A stretch of DNA of 64,000 nt. Origin: Massalongia carnosa. Lineage: Eukaryota. Location of the stretch: contig OZ287076.1 in the NCBI GenBank assembly GCA_965645245.1, forward strand, positions 2,108,001 through 2,172,000. The letters are read 5' to 3'. The translations under genes were made by a program, and so were the position numbers. How positions within the stretch are numbered: position 1 is the stretch's first letter; each line of letters opens with the position of its first letter. Below are positions 11,564 through 21,776 of this stretch, in pieces. The notes under the pieces are model-generated. The model ran no database searches. It was not told the origin of the DNA and saw only the letters and a list, made by a program, of their open reading frames with translations.

Positions 11564-13152
11564 TCTTTTTCCGAGTCCTCGGACTCGGATGAGTCTTCTC
11601 GAATGGCGACTCTACTGAGATTCACTGCTTGCCTAATGCAACAGGGGTCTCGGCCCCTATGCCCTGATCCTCTGCACGACCAACATCGGCCCTGTCGTGA
11701 CAGAGTCTCTCGTTCCCCGTCCTCCAACTTGGGCGGGTGAAGCGTCCCCTCGTACCAAGCTCCTACCCATCCTTCCGGTTTGGTCGAGACCTGTCCGAAT
11801 TTCGAGTTCGGGTTGGCGGAGATGGCGGAGTTGGTCGTAGTCGCTTTTGGTTTGACTGTGATCGAGGTACTGGAGGTGGCGGTCGTGGTTTTGTTTAAAC
11901 CACGACCGACGGAAGAAGAAGGAGAAGTCGTCGTTTTCGCGGGCTTCTGAGATTCCGACTTCGCGTACTTCTGATTCATCTCCTTTCTTCCCTGTTCGAT
12001 TTTCCTGGCTTCATGCAAGAGGGTTTCTAGACTGATGAAGTCCCGTCCCAATAGAGACAGCGCGATGTTCGGCCGCAGGGTGTCCTTGAACGTCTCAATT
12101 CTCTCATCCGCGGGGGTTTTTGCACGTTGCCAGAGTTTGAACATTCGATGATAGTATTCAGTCACCGTTTCATCTTTGTTCATGCTTATTTCTTTCAATT
12201 CCTTCTTCGCGTCCTTTGTCAAATATGCTATCCCGAGATAGCTCTCAATTTCCTTGAAGAACGTATTCAAAGAGAGAGTGGGACCGGCATCCACTACCCA
12301 GGTGTGTATGGCGTCGAAAATGGGATCCTTCATCTGCGATAAGGCGTAGTCGATTTTAAACTCCTCACTAGTGTACATTGGGGAGTCGGTTCTGATTTTT
12401 CTTTCCACCGTAAACGCCCATGCACTATAGGCGTCTGAGTTGGAACCGTCGAGGGCCTCCTTCGGGTTGGTGCCTTTGGGTCGATAATTGCTTAAGGGGG
12501 CAGCGACGGCGGATTGATCTTCAGTTTGACCAGTCGATGAGGTCGACGTCTGAGTAGCTTCGCGAGCTAGACGTTTCATCTCTGATATTTCACGAATGAG
12601 GTCCGAGTTTTCCGCTTTGACCTTCTGAGTCTCCAATTTTTCAGCCGCGATATCCTCCTCAAATACTAGTCTCTCGTGATCCCAGCTCTTTATCATTCGG
12701 GTCCATTCTGCCTGTAGACCTTTTAGATCTTTGTTTCTTTTTTTCAAGTCCTGATATTTCTCGATCAAGACCTCATGTTGTAGGAGCGTGCCGGCTAGAA
12801 CAGTGTACCATATGTCGCCGTCTCCCTTTAGGACGAGGGCCCTTCTCAACTCTTCTCGATTGGCCACCTTGATGATCATAGCTGATTTCGACGGATTGCT
12901 TTCCGTCAGACTTCGATAAATGGCATAATTGCTTATGTCGATTTTCTGTTCTGAGGTCGGGGCCTCGATCTTCGGTTCCCTGCCTTTGTCTTTGTTTGTC
13001 GGCAAAACAGTGTCATTTCCCACCTCTTCGTCGGCGGGTTCATATTCGCCTGGTATGCTCTGTGTCGATTGTCGCGACATGGAGCGAGCTCTAGTGTTGA
13101 AGGCCGGCCCCGAGGGAGCGACATCTCTGCTGGATGATTCTAATGAGTTCAT
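11560..13152 (-). CDS. gag: Gypsy Gag (530 aa)
   Basis: Position after the 5' LTR, coiled-coil region, ETVTEYYHRM capsid-like motif, terminal CWSCRGSGHRGRDPCC zinc knuckle. Confidence 0.9.
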   Translation of the reverse strand: MNSLESSSRDVAPSGPAFNTRARSMSRQSTQSIPGEYEPADEEVGNDTVLPTNKDKGREPKIEAPTSEQKIDISNYAIYRSLTESNPSKSAMIIKVANREELRRALVLKGDGDIWYTVLAGTLLQHEVLIEKYQDLKKRNKDLKGLQAEWTRMIKSWDHERLVFEEDIAAEKLETQKVKAENSDLIREISEMKRLAREATQTSTSSTGQTEDQSAVAAPLSNYRPKGTNPKEALDGSNSDAYSAWAFTVERKIRTDSPMYTSEEFKIDYALSQMKDPIFDAIHTWVVDAGPTLSLNTFFKEIESYLGIAYLTKDAKKELKEISMNKDETVTEYYHRMFKLWQRAKTPADERIETFKDTLRPNIALSLLGRDFISLETLLHEARKIEQGRKEMNQKYAKSESQKPAKTTTSPSSSVGRGLNKTTTATSSTSITVKPKATTTNSAISANPNSKFGQVSTKPEGWVGAWYEGTLHPPKLEDGERETLSRQGRCWSCRGSGHRGRDPCCIRQAVNLSRVAIREDSSESEDSEKE

Positions 13153-13197
13153 GTTTTCTGATTAGCCTAATGATTCTGATTGTAGGTCTGAAGATTG

Positions 13198-13370
13198 TGT
13201 GAGGGATAAAACGAGTTCAATTTCAATAGCCTAGTTCTACACCAAAATCTTCAGACGAAGTCTAAAAGCTTTACTCGGGCGGAGTTCTATATAACCCCTG
13301 AAAAGTCGATTCCTCGGCACATTACCTAATCGATGCTAGTCTGATGTCAGGTGACCTCAGGACCCTGACA
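13198..13370 (-). repeat. 5' LTR of the Gypsy element
   Basis: Direct repeat of 7322-7494; TATA-like TTATATAG on the minus strand. Confidence 0.97.
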
Positions 13371-14261
13371 TTTAGAATATAACTGTTAGGGACTAAATTT
13401 ACTTAAGCGGCATACATACATGTCATCTGGGGGGGTACGGTAGAATAATATTCAAGGGTAGGGTGCCATTTCGCCCTGGGCCGATTTACTTAATTCGAGC
13501 GGCCAGTAATAGCCCGGATTCGAAATATTAACATATGTCGGAATGAAAAAAAACTCGATCATATTGTGATTTTATAAAAATCGCGGCGCAAAGGGTGTTT
13601 GAAGAGGTTTTGCCTATTCAAAGTACAGGAACATCAAGACTCGAGGCCGAAGAACATCAGCAGATGATGAGTACCGTGAGAAATATTGTATATGTTGAAT
13701 GGCGGTTGCGATTATGGTTATAATGGCTTGTTGGGCTCACTGCGTGGATAGCGGGTAGTCTAATCTTCTCTAGGAAGGTTTTAGGTTTAGCGTGCTTTGC
13801 CCTTTGGTGAAAAGTCTGCTCTTTTCCTTTCAGATAGCTATATAGTCAATGCGATTACCTGCAACCAGAGTCTCCTTTTAACTGTATATATAAACTGTAC
13901 AGTTTCGTGCGGCGATTCCGACTCTGTAAGAATTAACCTGGTCGCATGAATATTAAGCTGTAAAGCCAATAAAACAATCCAGCTTCATTGAACATAAGCG
14001 GATAAGCGGGAACCCACATATTGATCCACGCAATGAAAAATTTTCCTCCCGAGTTAGCAGTTGTCATCATCATCATCATGAGCGCATTACCCATTGAGTA
14101 TTTGAGCGAGTGGCAAATGATCGTGTGTCGCAAATATCAACATACTATTTGGCCCGCTCAGGTGCAGTCCCATTTTCAAGGCCCACAGCATCGCATGAAA
14201 ATTGTTGAGAATTGAGCCGAGATGTCTGCTTATTAATAAGAGCACTAACCGAATGCGGATC

Positions 14262-14369
14262 TTGCCTCAGTACCTCAGACGTGCGTGGCTCAATGAGCCG
14301 GCTAAGCCCCTCCGGGTTAGCCTATTTTCGCTAAGCCCCTTCGGTTTAGCGTCGCTGCTGACTAACATC
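14262..14369 (+). repeat. Left TIR of the AcademH-like element
   Basis: TTGCCTCAGTACCTCAGACGTGCGTGGCTCAATGAGCCGG..GACTAACATC; internal GCTAAGCCCCT repeats. Confidence 0.95.
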
Positions 14370-14761
14370 CAGTGCGATAGCACGTCTGAGCGCAAAACTC
14401 AAAATTACGGCCAGATCCGCGTAATAAAAATTTTAGCAGTGCAACCATTCCTTTTATGGATTTAATACAATGATTAGGGTCGTATTAGTTTACCAGAGAC
14501 TGTATTTTATACCAAAAACGCACCTCTCAAGATGGATGACTCGATAATCATGTATTATAACTACTGTCAGGCTAAGAAAAGCGATGTGAAAGTCGATTAA
14601 GTGATAAATTGTTCGCTTTCGCTCAATTTTGAGGTTGATGAACTGATTATTTTCATGTGGCGCGATTACATTGAGTTACAAAGATCATGATGATATGAAT
14701 AACGACGGCCAATCAATGGTATTGTATGATTTATCTAGATTGAAGCTATCTGACGAAAGCC

Positions 14762-17439
14762 ATGGCTCTTGTCGGGGGCCCCTCCTCGCCACTTACCGAC
14801 CTACGGACAAGTCCCTTGACTCCCGCCGGTGCGCTCAAGCGGCCCCACCCATCGCCGTCAGGCAGTAATGATAGCTCACCCTCTTCCTCCTCCCCTCCTG
14901 CCTTACCTGAAAAAAATGGAGGCGCGAAACGCCACCGCCGGCGCATATCAGATTACGACAAGCTGGTTGAGGTGCTTAAATTTCTGAGCTCTCTAAATTG
15001 GTCGGTAAAAGATTTTTTATCAACACTTGGTAAGAATCGAGCCCGTCATAGTATGCGAAAGGCGCAAGGCCAGCTCTTCGATTTTGCTATGTCGATATTG
15101 TGCGGCAAGAAGACTTTTCAAGCCTCATTGGGCCTGGTAGAATATCCACTATCCTTCGCGAGAGAGGATGGGTTTGGGCCGCGGATGTGCTTCGTGAAGA
15201 AATCAAAGCTTTGGCAGATCACGCAGCCTTTGGCCCTTTCCAGCCGCCCTCTGCGACAGTCGAGTTTGGGACCTTGGAGGCTATTAAACTTGCTGCATCT
15301 GCCGCCAAGCAGTTGGCGCCACGATGGCTTGAGCTAATTGATAGTGTTTGTCGCGAGGCTCGCCCGCAGGAACCTCTCGATGTGACGTTGGATTCTCCCA
15401 GCGGCCGGCACACCGTTATATTGGCAATGCTTTGTCACAAATTGCGACCAAATAAGGCGACCAATATTCAGTCCGTCTTAGGCCTTTATATTTATCAAGG
15501 TGGGGCGAGGCGGCGAGTTCTAGATACACTCTGTCATTTTGACCTGACGATGTCATATACTACCCTGCAGCGGCGCATGTTGTCCTTGATTAAGGAGGCC
15601 GAACGAAAGGTTCAGATGCTAGGACAAGGCTCAAACATGATCTTGACATACGATAACTTTGACTTCGCAGAAGGTAAACGAGGAGAGCGCACGGGGGATA
15701 ATAGAGACGTCAGATCAATCACTACCGCTCTAATTTTCCAGGGGCAAGGATTCGATGCCGGCGCTTTGAGGCAGGATATGTGGCGCCCCGCCACGCATCT
15801 TTTATCAGCTGAAAGAATTGCGCGAAAGCTGGAGACTGGTGATCTCGAGATGCAGGTGAGTTCAATACAGGACGAGGTGTATATACCGCGCTCAATCGCT
15901 AATGCACCGCGTACCTAGATTCGTCTTCATCATCTAGAGTCAGCGATTCGAGCGCTTTATGGCCCAGAGATCGGCGACGTTCAACTTCCTTGGTCGACTG
16001 CAATGCCCGTGCTGAATAAGATGAAAAAATACAAGACCAATTACATTCCTATCAAACCAGTCATGAAGGATGAGAGCACAACATCTAATAATATTCAAAT
16101 ATTGGAGGATATATTTGTGCGACAGTTCAAGTTCAAGGAGGATGACTCGACGTTTGCGAGCGTCATTCGGCTTAACTATGGTGACCTCAAGACATGGTCG
16201 AGAATGCAATCTGTCAAGGAATTACGTCGTGGGATATCGGAGCAATCTTTCGATCGGTTCGACTGGATTTTACCGGGATTAGGGTTATGGCATCTTCGCT
16301 TTAACATGCTGCAGCTTATTCATAAAATACATTGGGGAGAGGCCCAGCCGGTTGATCCTTCGACTCTTCAATATGCCGCCGATCGGTGGGGCCGCGCTCG
16401 TGTCGTGCAGCCGAACGATTTCCAGGCCTTAGAGGATCTGATCATTCAGAGCTATCAAGCTAGAATCGTTGGGACGTGGATTAGGTTTTTACGAAAGGAT
16501 GGATATGCTCCGCAGCGAATCGAAGCAACTATTTCGTGGCTCACAGCGCAGACTTGCGGGCAGGATGGCACCTGGATGAATATGTTGGGCAGGATATCTC
16601 GCAAACTTCACGCGGAATTACCCTCAACGTCAATAGATATGCTTCCTCCAACGCTTGATCAACAATTTCAGAATCATCAGAACTTCTGTGATCACGTTGA
16701 ATCGTATCTAACACTTCGATACGCAATCAAATATGCGGATATTGGACTACTTCGTCACGCATTGCGCCACGCAACGGTGATCTTTCAGGCAAGCGTAGCT
16801 GGCACCCCGAAATATGCGCAAGCTCTTCTATACACCCTTCATGCGATTGATTCTTCCGCAGCGACCATAAGGCTACAGGAAAGTATTTTAATGAATAGTC
16901 TTGTCAATTTACGCGGTGACGAAGAGTCGAGTTTTGAGACTGATCGGCTTTTAGAGATACTAAACAATAACCTCAAGACGTTCCAGCACGAGCGATCTTA
17001 TTTTTCAAAGTATAGTGACACCTTGCTCGAGAACTGGGCACTCAACGGTCCATATCTTATGAAGCTCAAAGAAATCGTTGAGTTTTACTTTGGAAGAGTC
17101 AACTCTTCAAGGCATCCAGCAAAATCGGCCGCAGAGGATGTGTGGGGCATGGCTACGGCACTAGCGCATAAATCACTCTGTAAAAGAAGCTATGATCGAT
17201 TTTCAACTAATCCAACAGCTAATCTTTATGTTGAGGGATTGAAGAAACTTGTAGAAAATGTATTAAAATACAATCAGCAGTATCTTTCCGAAGAAATTTC
17301 AAAAGAAATTTCAACAGACGACCTTGAGGGTAAGTATGAAGCCGAGCCCGATTTTGTCAATGAAACAAAGCAGGTCCCCGACAGCCCTGTCATTTCAATG
17401 GCCCGTCTCGAGATATCCGGCGGTATGTTTTTTGATTAA
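14762..17439 (+). CDS. Academ-type (DUF6589-like) DDE transposase; intron 15856-15918; one apparent 1-nt frameshift near 15088
   Basis: Motifs LGLYIYQGG, LTYDNFDF, YGDLKT, GLWHLRFN, ETDRLLEILN; phase-0 intron GTGAGT..GCTAAT..TAG joins the 15100 and 16003 frames; adding one T at GCT[T]ATGTC joins the 14762 frame (FAYVDIVRQED). Confidence 0.8.
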
Positions 17440-17498
17440 ATCATCGATACCACGAGATAGCCTAGTCATGTAAATCCGCGCCGCGCGGCTTTACAGAG

Positions 17499-19674
17499 TC
17501 AGAGGTAGCGGACGGGGCACTTTCTTTCTTGTCTAGATCGTGTCGGAGGAAGGGCCATGGGTACATTCAGCGACAACGCTTCCATAGGATCTCGAGGCGC
17601 TTTTTTGGTCTTTGATGCCTTCATCGATGATTTAAGAGCATCAACATTGTCAACAACGAGCGCCGCATCGGAGATATTGTGATTAGGCGCAGGATTCTCG
17701 CCCGATGGCTCCGTGCTCTCGCTTTCCTTCGAGACTTTCTTCTTGACCGCATTTCGCTTTTTAAAAACCTTTCTCGACATATATCCTTGTTTGATCATCC
17801 AGTTTTTCCTCCGTTCCTCAAATTCAATACTGGCGGAGTTGCATGTTAGGCTGGGTAATCGTTTTCTCTTTATGTCGTTGTGTCGTTTCCATTCCTCGAA
17901 CATGTCTCCCTCGTCTAATCTCATTGCTTGACCCCGCTTTAAAATTTCTAAAAGCTCGGCGCCGTAGGGCCTAATACCAGTCCATGTGTTACCAATCCAT
18001 CGCCGCATGGTGGGCTCGTCCACAATCTGATCCGCCCAAGTGGTCAAAGAATTCAGTACCTCATCGGGCATTATCAATGATGGGAAGTATCGCATATGTG
18101 AATTTGGGAACTTTTCCTGCGCCTTGGCCTCCCTCCATTCTCGAAGTTTAAGGGTGAACCAAGGCCGCCTAGACGAGTCACGCTCGGCCGTTCTATTTAA
18201 CATCTCATTGGCGGCTGTTGATGTCTGAAAACTTGGATCGCAAATTGAACAGCAAGGTTGCGGCTTAACATAGGCCGACGTTGGATACACTTTATCATTG
18301 AAGAAATTCAAGCCAATACCTCGAACGCAACCATCTGAAGGCACATTGATTATCTCCCAAAGACCCGGTGGCATATCTCGTCGCCGATCAGCATCCTTTT
18401 GATTGATGCGGCGTTTACTGGCCTTGGATTCAATCTCAATTCCCGCGTCATATCCGTCCTGTTCGTCCATTTTTGATCCGCTTCTTGGACCCATGCACCA
18501 AGAAGGATGCAAAAGAGTAAAATGCGCCTGTCCTCGACCGCAACGCAAAGCACGACCTAAACGTTGATATAGCTTCGCCATTGACGAGGGTAGCAGCCAT
18601 TGCGTAACTCTCATAACGTCTGGATTATCAATACCAAGCCCGTATGCATCCGTTGCGATCAGGATTCGAGGAAATTTACATTGATTCGAGGGCATTTCGA
18701 AGCGAGCCGCAATCCTTTCTTTGTCTTGGGTGGCCATGTCGGAAAAGAAAGGCGCGACCCAACTAGCAGCCTCAATTGGATAGGACAATTGATTCATCCA
18801 TACTTTCATTAGGGCACACGCCTTTTTGATAGATGAAATTGAATCCATGAAGATAATCGTTTTCGGAATATCAAAAGGACTCTCAGCCCGTGTTGGTAAA
18901 AGATGTTGAAGATCGATCATGCTGTTCATAGGCCGCTGTAGACTGCTTGTCTGTATGTATATCTCTGGACGATCAAGCGCTGTTTGAATAACAGTACTTT
19001 CGTTATCAAAGCCACAGCGATCTTTAACGCTCTCTAGGGTTCTTGGATCCAGCGTTGCAGACGCACCCAGAAAAGGAATACCATCTGGTAATCGTGTACG
19101 AAGCACACCGAGATTGAAGTATTCGGGCCGGAAATCTCGCCATTCGGATACAAGATGCATCTCATCAAGAGCTAAAAGACATAAATTCAAGAAGAAACTT
19201 GGATGCCTCAGAACCTCCTGATTAAACAGCTTTGACGTCGCTATCTCTGGGCTAGTAAAAACTATTCATATTAACGAGTAAGTTTTTATATTTATCTCAA
19301 TCATAATTTGAATACACACCATGCGTATAATTGTTTTCACGAATTAACTTTAAATTAGAAGAATTATTACTATCACCGTCCAACACGAAAGGCTTGCATC
19401 CCTCGATAACGCTCAATTTCTTGCACTGTTGAGCTTCTAAGGTCTTGAGAGGCATGATAATTAAAGCGATCTTAAGACAAGAGAACATTAATGGCATAGC
19501 TTGAAAGATAATACTCTTTCCAAATCCAGTCTTGGCGATAAATATCAGATCCTTTTGATCTTGTGCTAAAGTCATGATAGCGTCAACTTGCTCATTCTTT
19601 GGATAAAAGCCGAATTTACTTAAAATCACGGTCGTCACCTGCTCGCGAGTTATCGACGCTATAGGATCGTCCAT
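17499..19674 (-). CDS. RecQ-like SF2 helicase of the AcademH element; exons 19674-19320 and 19261-17499 (start may be 19740)
   Basis: AKTGFGKS, DEMH, SAT, ATDAYGLGID, YQRLGRALR, C..CCSIC zinc-binding region, HRDC-like LREWR..LIMPDEVL; intron 19319-19262 (GTGTGT..TAG) restores YTHVFTSPE. Confidence 0.9.
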
Positions 19675-20197
19675 TTCGATGTGTTCGCGAGCGATATTCG
19701 ACGATTCGCGAGTTGGATTCTTAGCCCGCAAAACGCACATCAAGCAAGTTCATCATATTCAACGATTTTAGGCTTTCGAAAACAACGCTCGGAGGATCAG
19801 ATTAATGATCAGAAGCGCCGACAATGAAAAACTGGAGCTAGTGACCCGTTGAGTCTGCTGTGGTGGTGTCGAAATTTCGAGTCAAAGTCGAGTCCTCGTC
19901 GCGAGATCGATATTGCGACTCAATTTTGCATCGATATGTAATTAAAATATTGATTAATCGATAGAATGTATATCAAAGCATCATTTCTATTATTACATAA
20001 TTTATGAAATGTCGTTGCGCGATGTTGATTCCGCCGTCAACTTGATTCTTGATGATTTTTGAGGTTAAGCCAAAAATTTGTATGAGCGCGCACCAAAATA
20101 AGCCGGATCTGACAAAAATACAGAGTTTTGCGCTCAGACGTGCCGCCCGTAGCATGCGTAGTCAGCTAAAGGGCCGCTAACCCGAAGGGAATTAGCT

Positions 20198-20398
20198 ACG
20201 CTAACCCGAAGGGGCTTAGCGAAAATAGGCTTACCCAGAGGGGCTTAGCCGGCTCATAGAGCCACGCACGTCTGAGGTACTGAGGCAACTGATGTTAGTC
20301 AGCAGCGACGCTAACCCGAAGGGGCTTAGCGAAAATAGGCTAACCCGGAGGGGCTTAGCCGGCTCATTGAGCCACGCACGTCTGAGGTACTGAGGCAA
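20198..20398 (-). repeat. Right TIR present twice in tandem (inner ~20198-20288, outer 20291-20398)
   Basis: Both copies end in GTCTGAGGTACTGAGGCAA. Confidence 0.93.
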
Positions 20399-21776
20399 TG
20401 CGGATCAAGCACTAAGGGTTATTTCGGCCGTGGCAACACATCACTAATCATTCGAGATGTCATCCATCTGCCAGCTAAGGGAGGCAAAACGGAATATATT
20501 GTTAGATGGTGAGGCTACCATTGGTTAGAGGGTCAGGCTACCATCAATATAGGCATCCATCGTGAGTCACACGGGTGTCTACCAGGCACCTATGGAGGTG
20601 CCTAACAGGCAGCTATGGAGGTGCCTAACAGGCAGCTATGGGAAGCCTACAGCATTACTGCTGTGTGACTGCTATAAAAGCAGGTAGATAGCCCACATAG
20701 ATAATAACCCTCAATGACATGTATGCTTCTTATTTGCCCTACTTCCGTTTCATGATCAATAGCCTGGTGTTTCAACAAAAATCAAAGAAGCCCCACCCAT
20801 CGCGGGACGGCGCAATCATGGCCCAATTCAATTCAATATCCCGTTGAATTACAGATCCCCATTCGAATCGATAGTCCCGTCCGTATTTTGCCTGTGTATT
20901 CCGATGGTTTATTATGTCAAATGGAACCGGAACGATGTCAATACATTTGTCGCAATGAACACGGCATGAGAATGCATAGCAAACAAAATCATGGATGGAC
21001 GGCGCAAGCGCGAAAGGGAAGACCCAGTAAGATTTCCACCATAAACCCGACTCCCAAGCCATGGCGAACCGTCACATGTCAGCGGTTTTTCGTTTATGGT
21101 CAAGGATCACATTTTATAGAGATAGTTAATGTAGAATCGTCATGAAGAACGACTGCGAGAGCTAGAGTTAGTTTGCAAAGTCAAGAGCGACAGACCATTA
21201 GTCAGGCTATGACGGCAGTCAAAGAGAAAGAACGCAGGATGATCCAGGAGGGAGAGTAGACGGAGGTGAACCAATGGTTGGAGAGAACTGGGTTTTTGTG
21301 CGCATGGAAGCAGTGCGCAAAGACAACAGCAGCCAGGAATACACGCCGTTGCAACCATAGATGGACAACCAAGCAATCCAAGATCACAGTCGGCCATGGA
21401 AGCAGGTGTTGATGTTTTTTGCCTGTGCGCGGCCTCAAGGCAGCAAGAGTAACCCGCCATATCGATTTACCCCAGCCCAGAAACGAGCATGGAGACGATT
21501 TTGTACCACCATGAAAGGGCCTAGGAAAAAATGAGTCAGTCGAGGAAGTCGAATCAAAATCGTCAGCGGTGCAAATCCCAGATGTTGAAGAGACAGACCG
21601 CCCCATACATAAAGACGCCGGACTGAGTCGGGTCGATGAATTTTGTTTGGATTTTTGCGTTGCGTTGTTGGATCAACGAATCAAACGCACCGAATGCGAC
21701 AGCCATTGGTGAACGCTTTGGCGGTGTTGGGAGTGGACGAGGATCGATTGTTAGGACCCGATCGATACCCACCCAT

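Larger units (their letters stand above)
7322..13370 (-). mobile_element. Full-length Ty3/Gypsy chromovirus LTR retrotransposon
   Basis: 173-bp LTRs 7322-7494 and 13198-13370 (TG..CA, one mismatch seen), TSD TTTAG (7317-7321 / 13371-13375), PPT AGAGGAGGTAG next to the 3' LTR, open gag and pol. Confidence 0.97.
14262..20398. mobile_element. AcademH-like DNA transposon (convergent transposase and RecQ-like helicase genes, 108-bp TIRs)
   Basis: TIR 14262-14369 matches the reverse complement of 20291-20398 (one mismatch); flanking direct repeat TGCGGATC (14254-14261 / 20399-20406, extendable to 10 bp AATGCGGATC); gene pair matches the AcademH architecture. Confidence 0.85.
14203..20777. mobile_element. 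Solo LTR (~430 bp) split by the AcademH insertion: 14203-14261 + ~20407-20777
   Basis: Termini TGTTGA..TCAACA flanked by TSD AAAAT (14198-14202 / 20778-20782); 3' part resembles the Copia-flanking sequence at 29270-29500; contains 23-bp tandem CTATGGAGGTGCCTAACAGGCAG. Confidence 0.85.
14078..21776 (+). pseudogene. DUF3505-like zinc-finger protein gene relic, split by the solo LTR + AcademH insertion and cut by a Gypsy LTR at 21777
   Basis: 5' part YLSEWQMIVCRKYQHTIWPAQVQSHF (14078-14202) continues after 20782 as WPNSIQYP..LPVYSDGLLC..CQYIC..MRMHSKQNHGW..PWRTVTCQRFF, then EVNQWLERTG; frameshifts present. Confidence 0.65.

Noticed and set aside
17469..17495. Hairpin TGTAAA..CCGCG..CGCGG..TTTACA between the convergent AcademH genes
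   Set aside because: Short and imperfect; intrinsic terminators do not apply to fungal Pol II.
17499..19743. Host RecQ/SGS1 gene
   Set aside because: Enclosed in TIRs and a TSD with a transposase; treated as an element gene, no symbol given.
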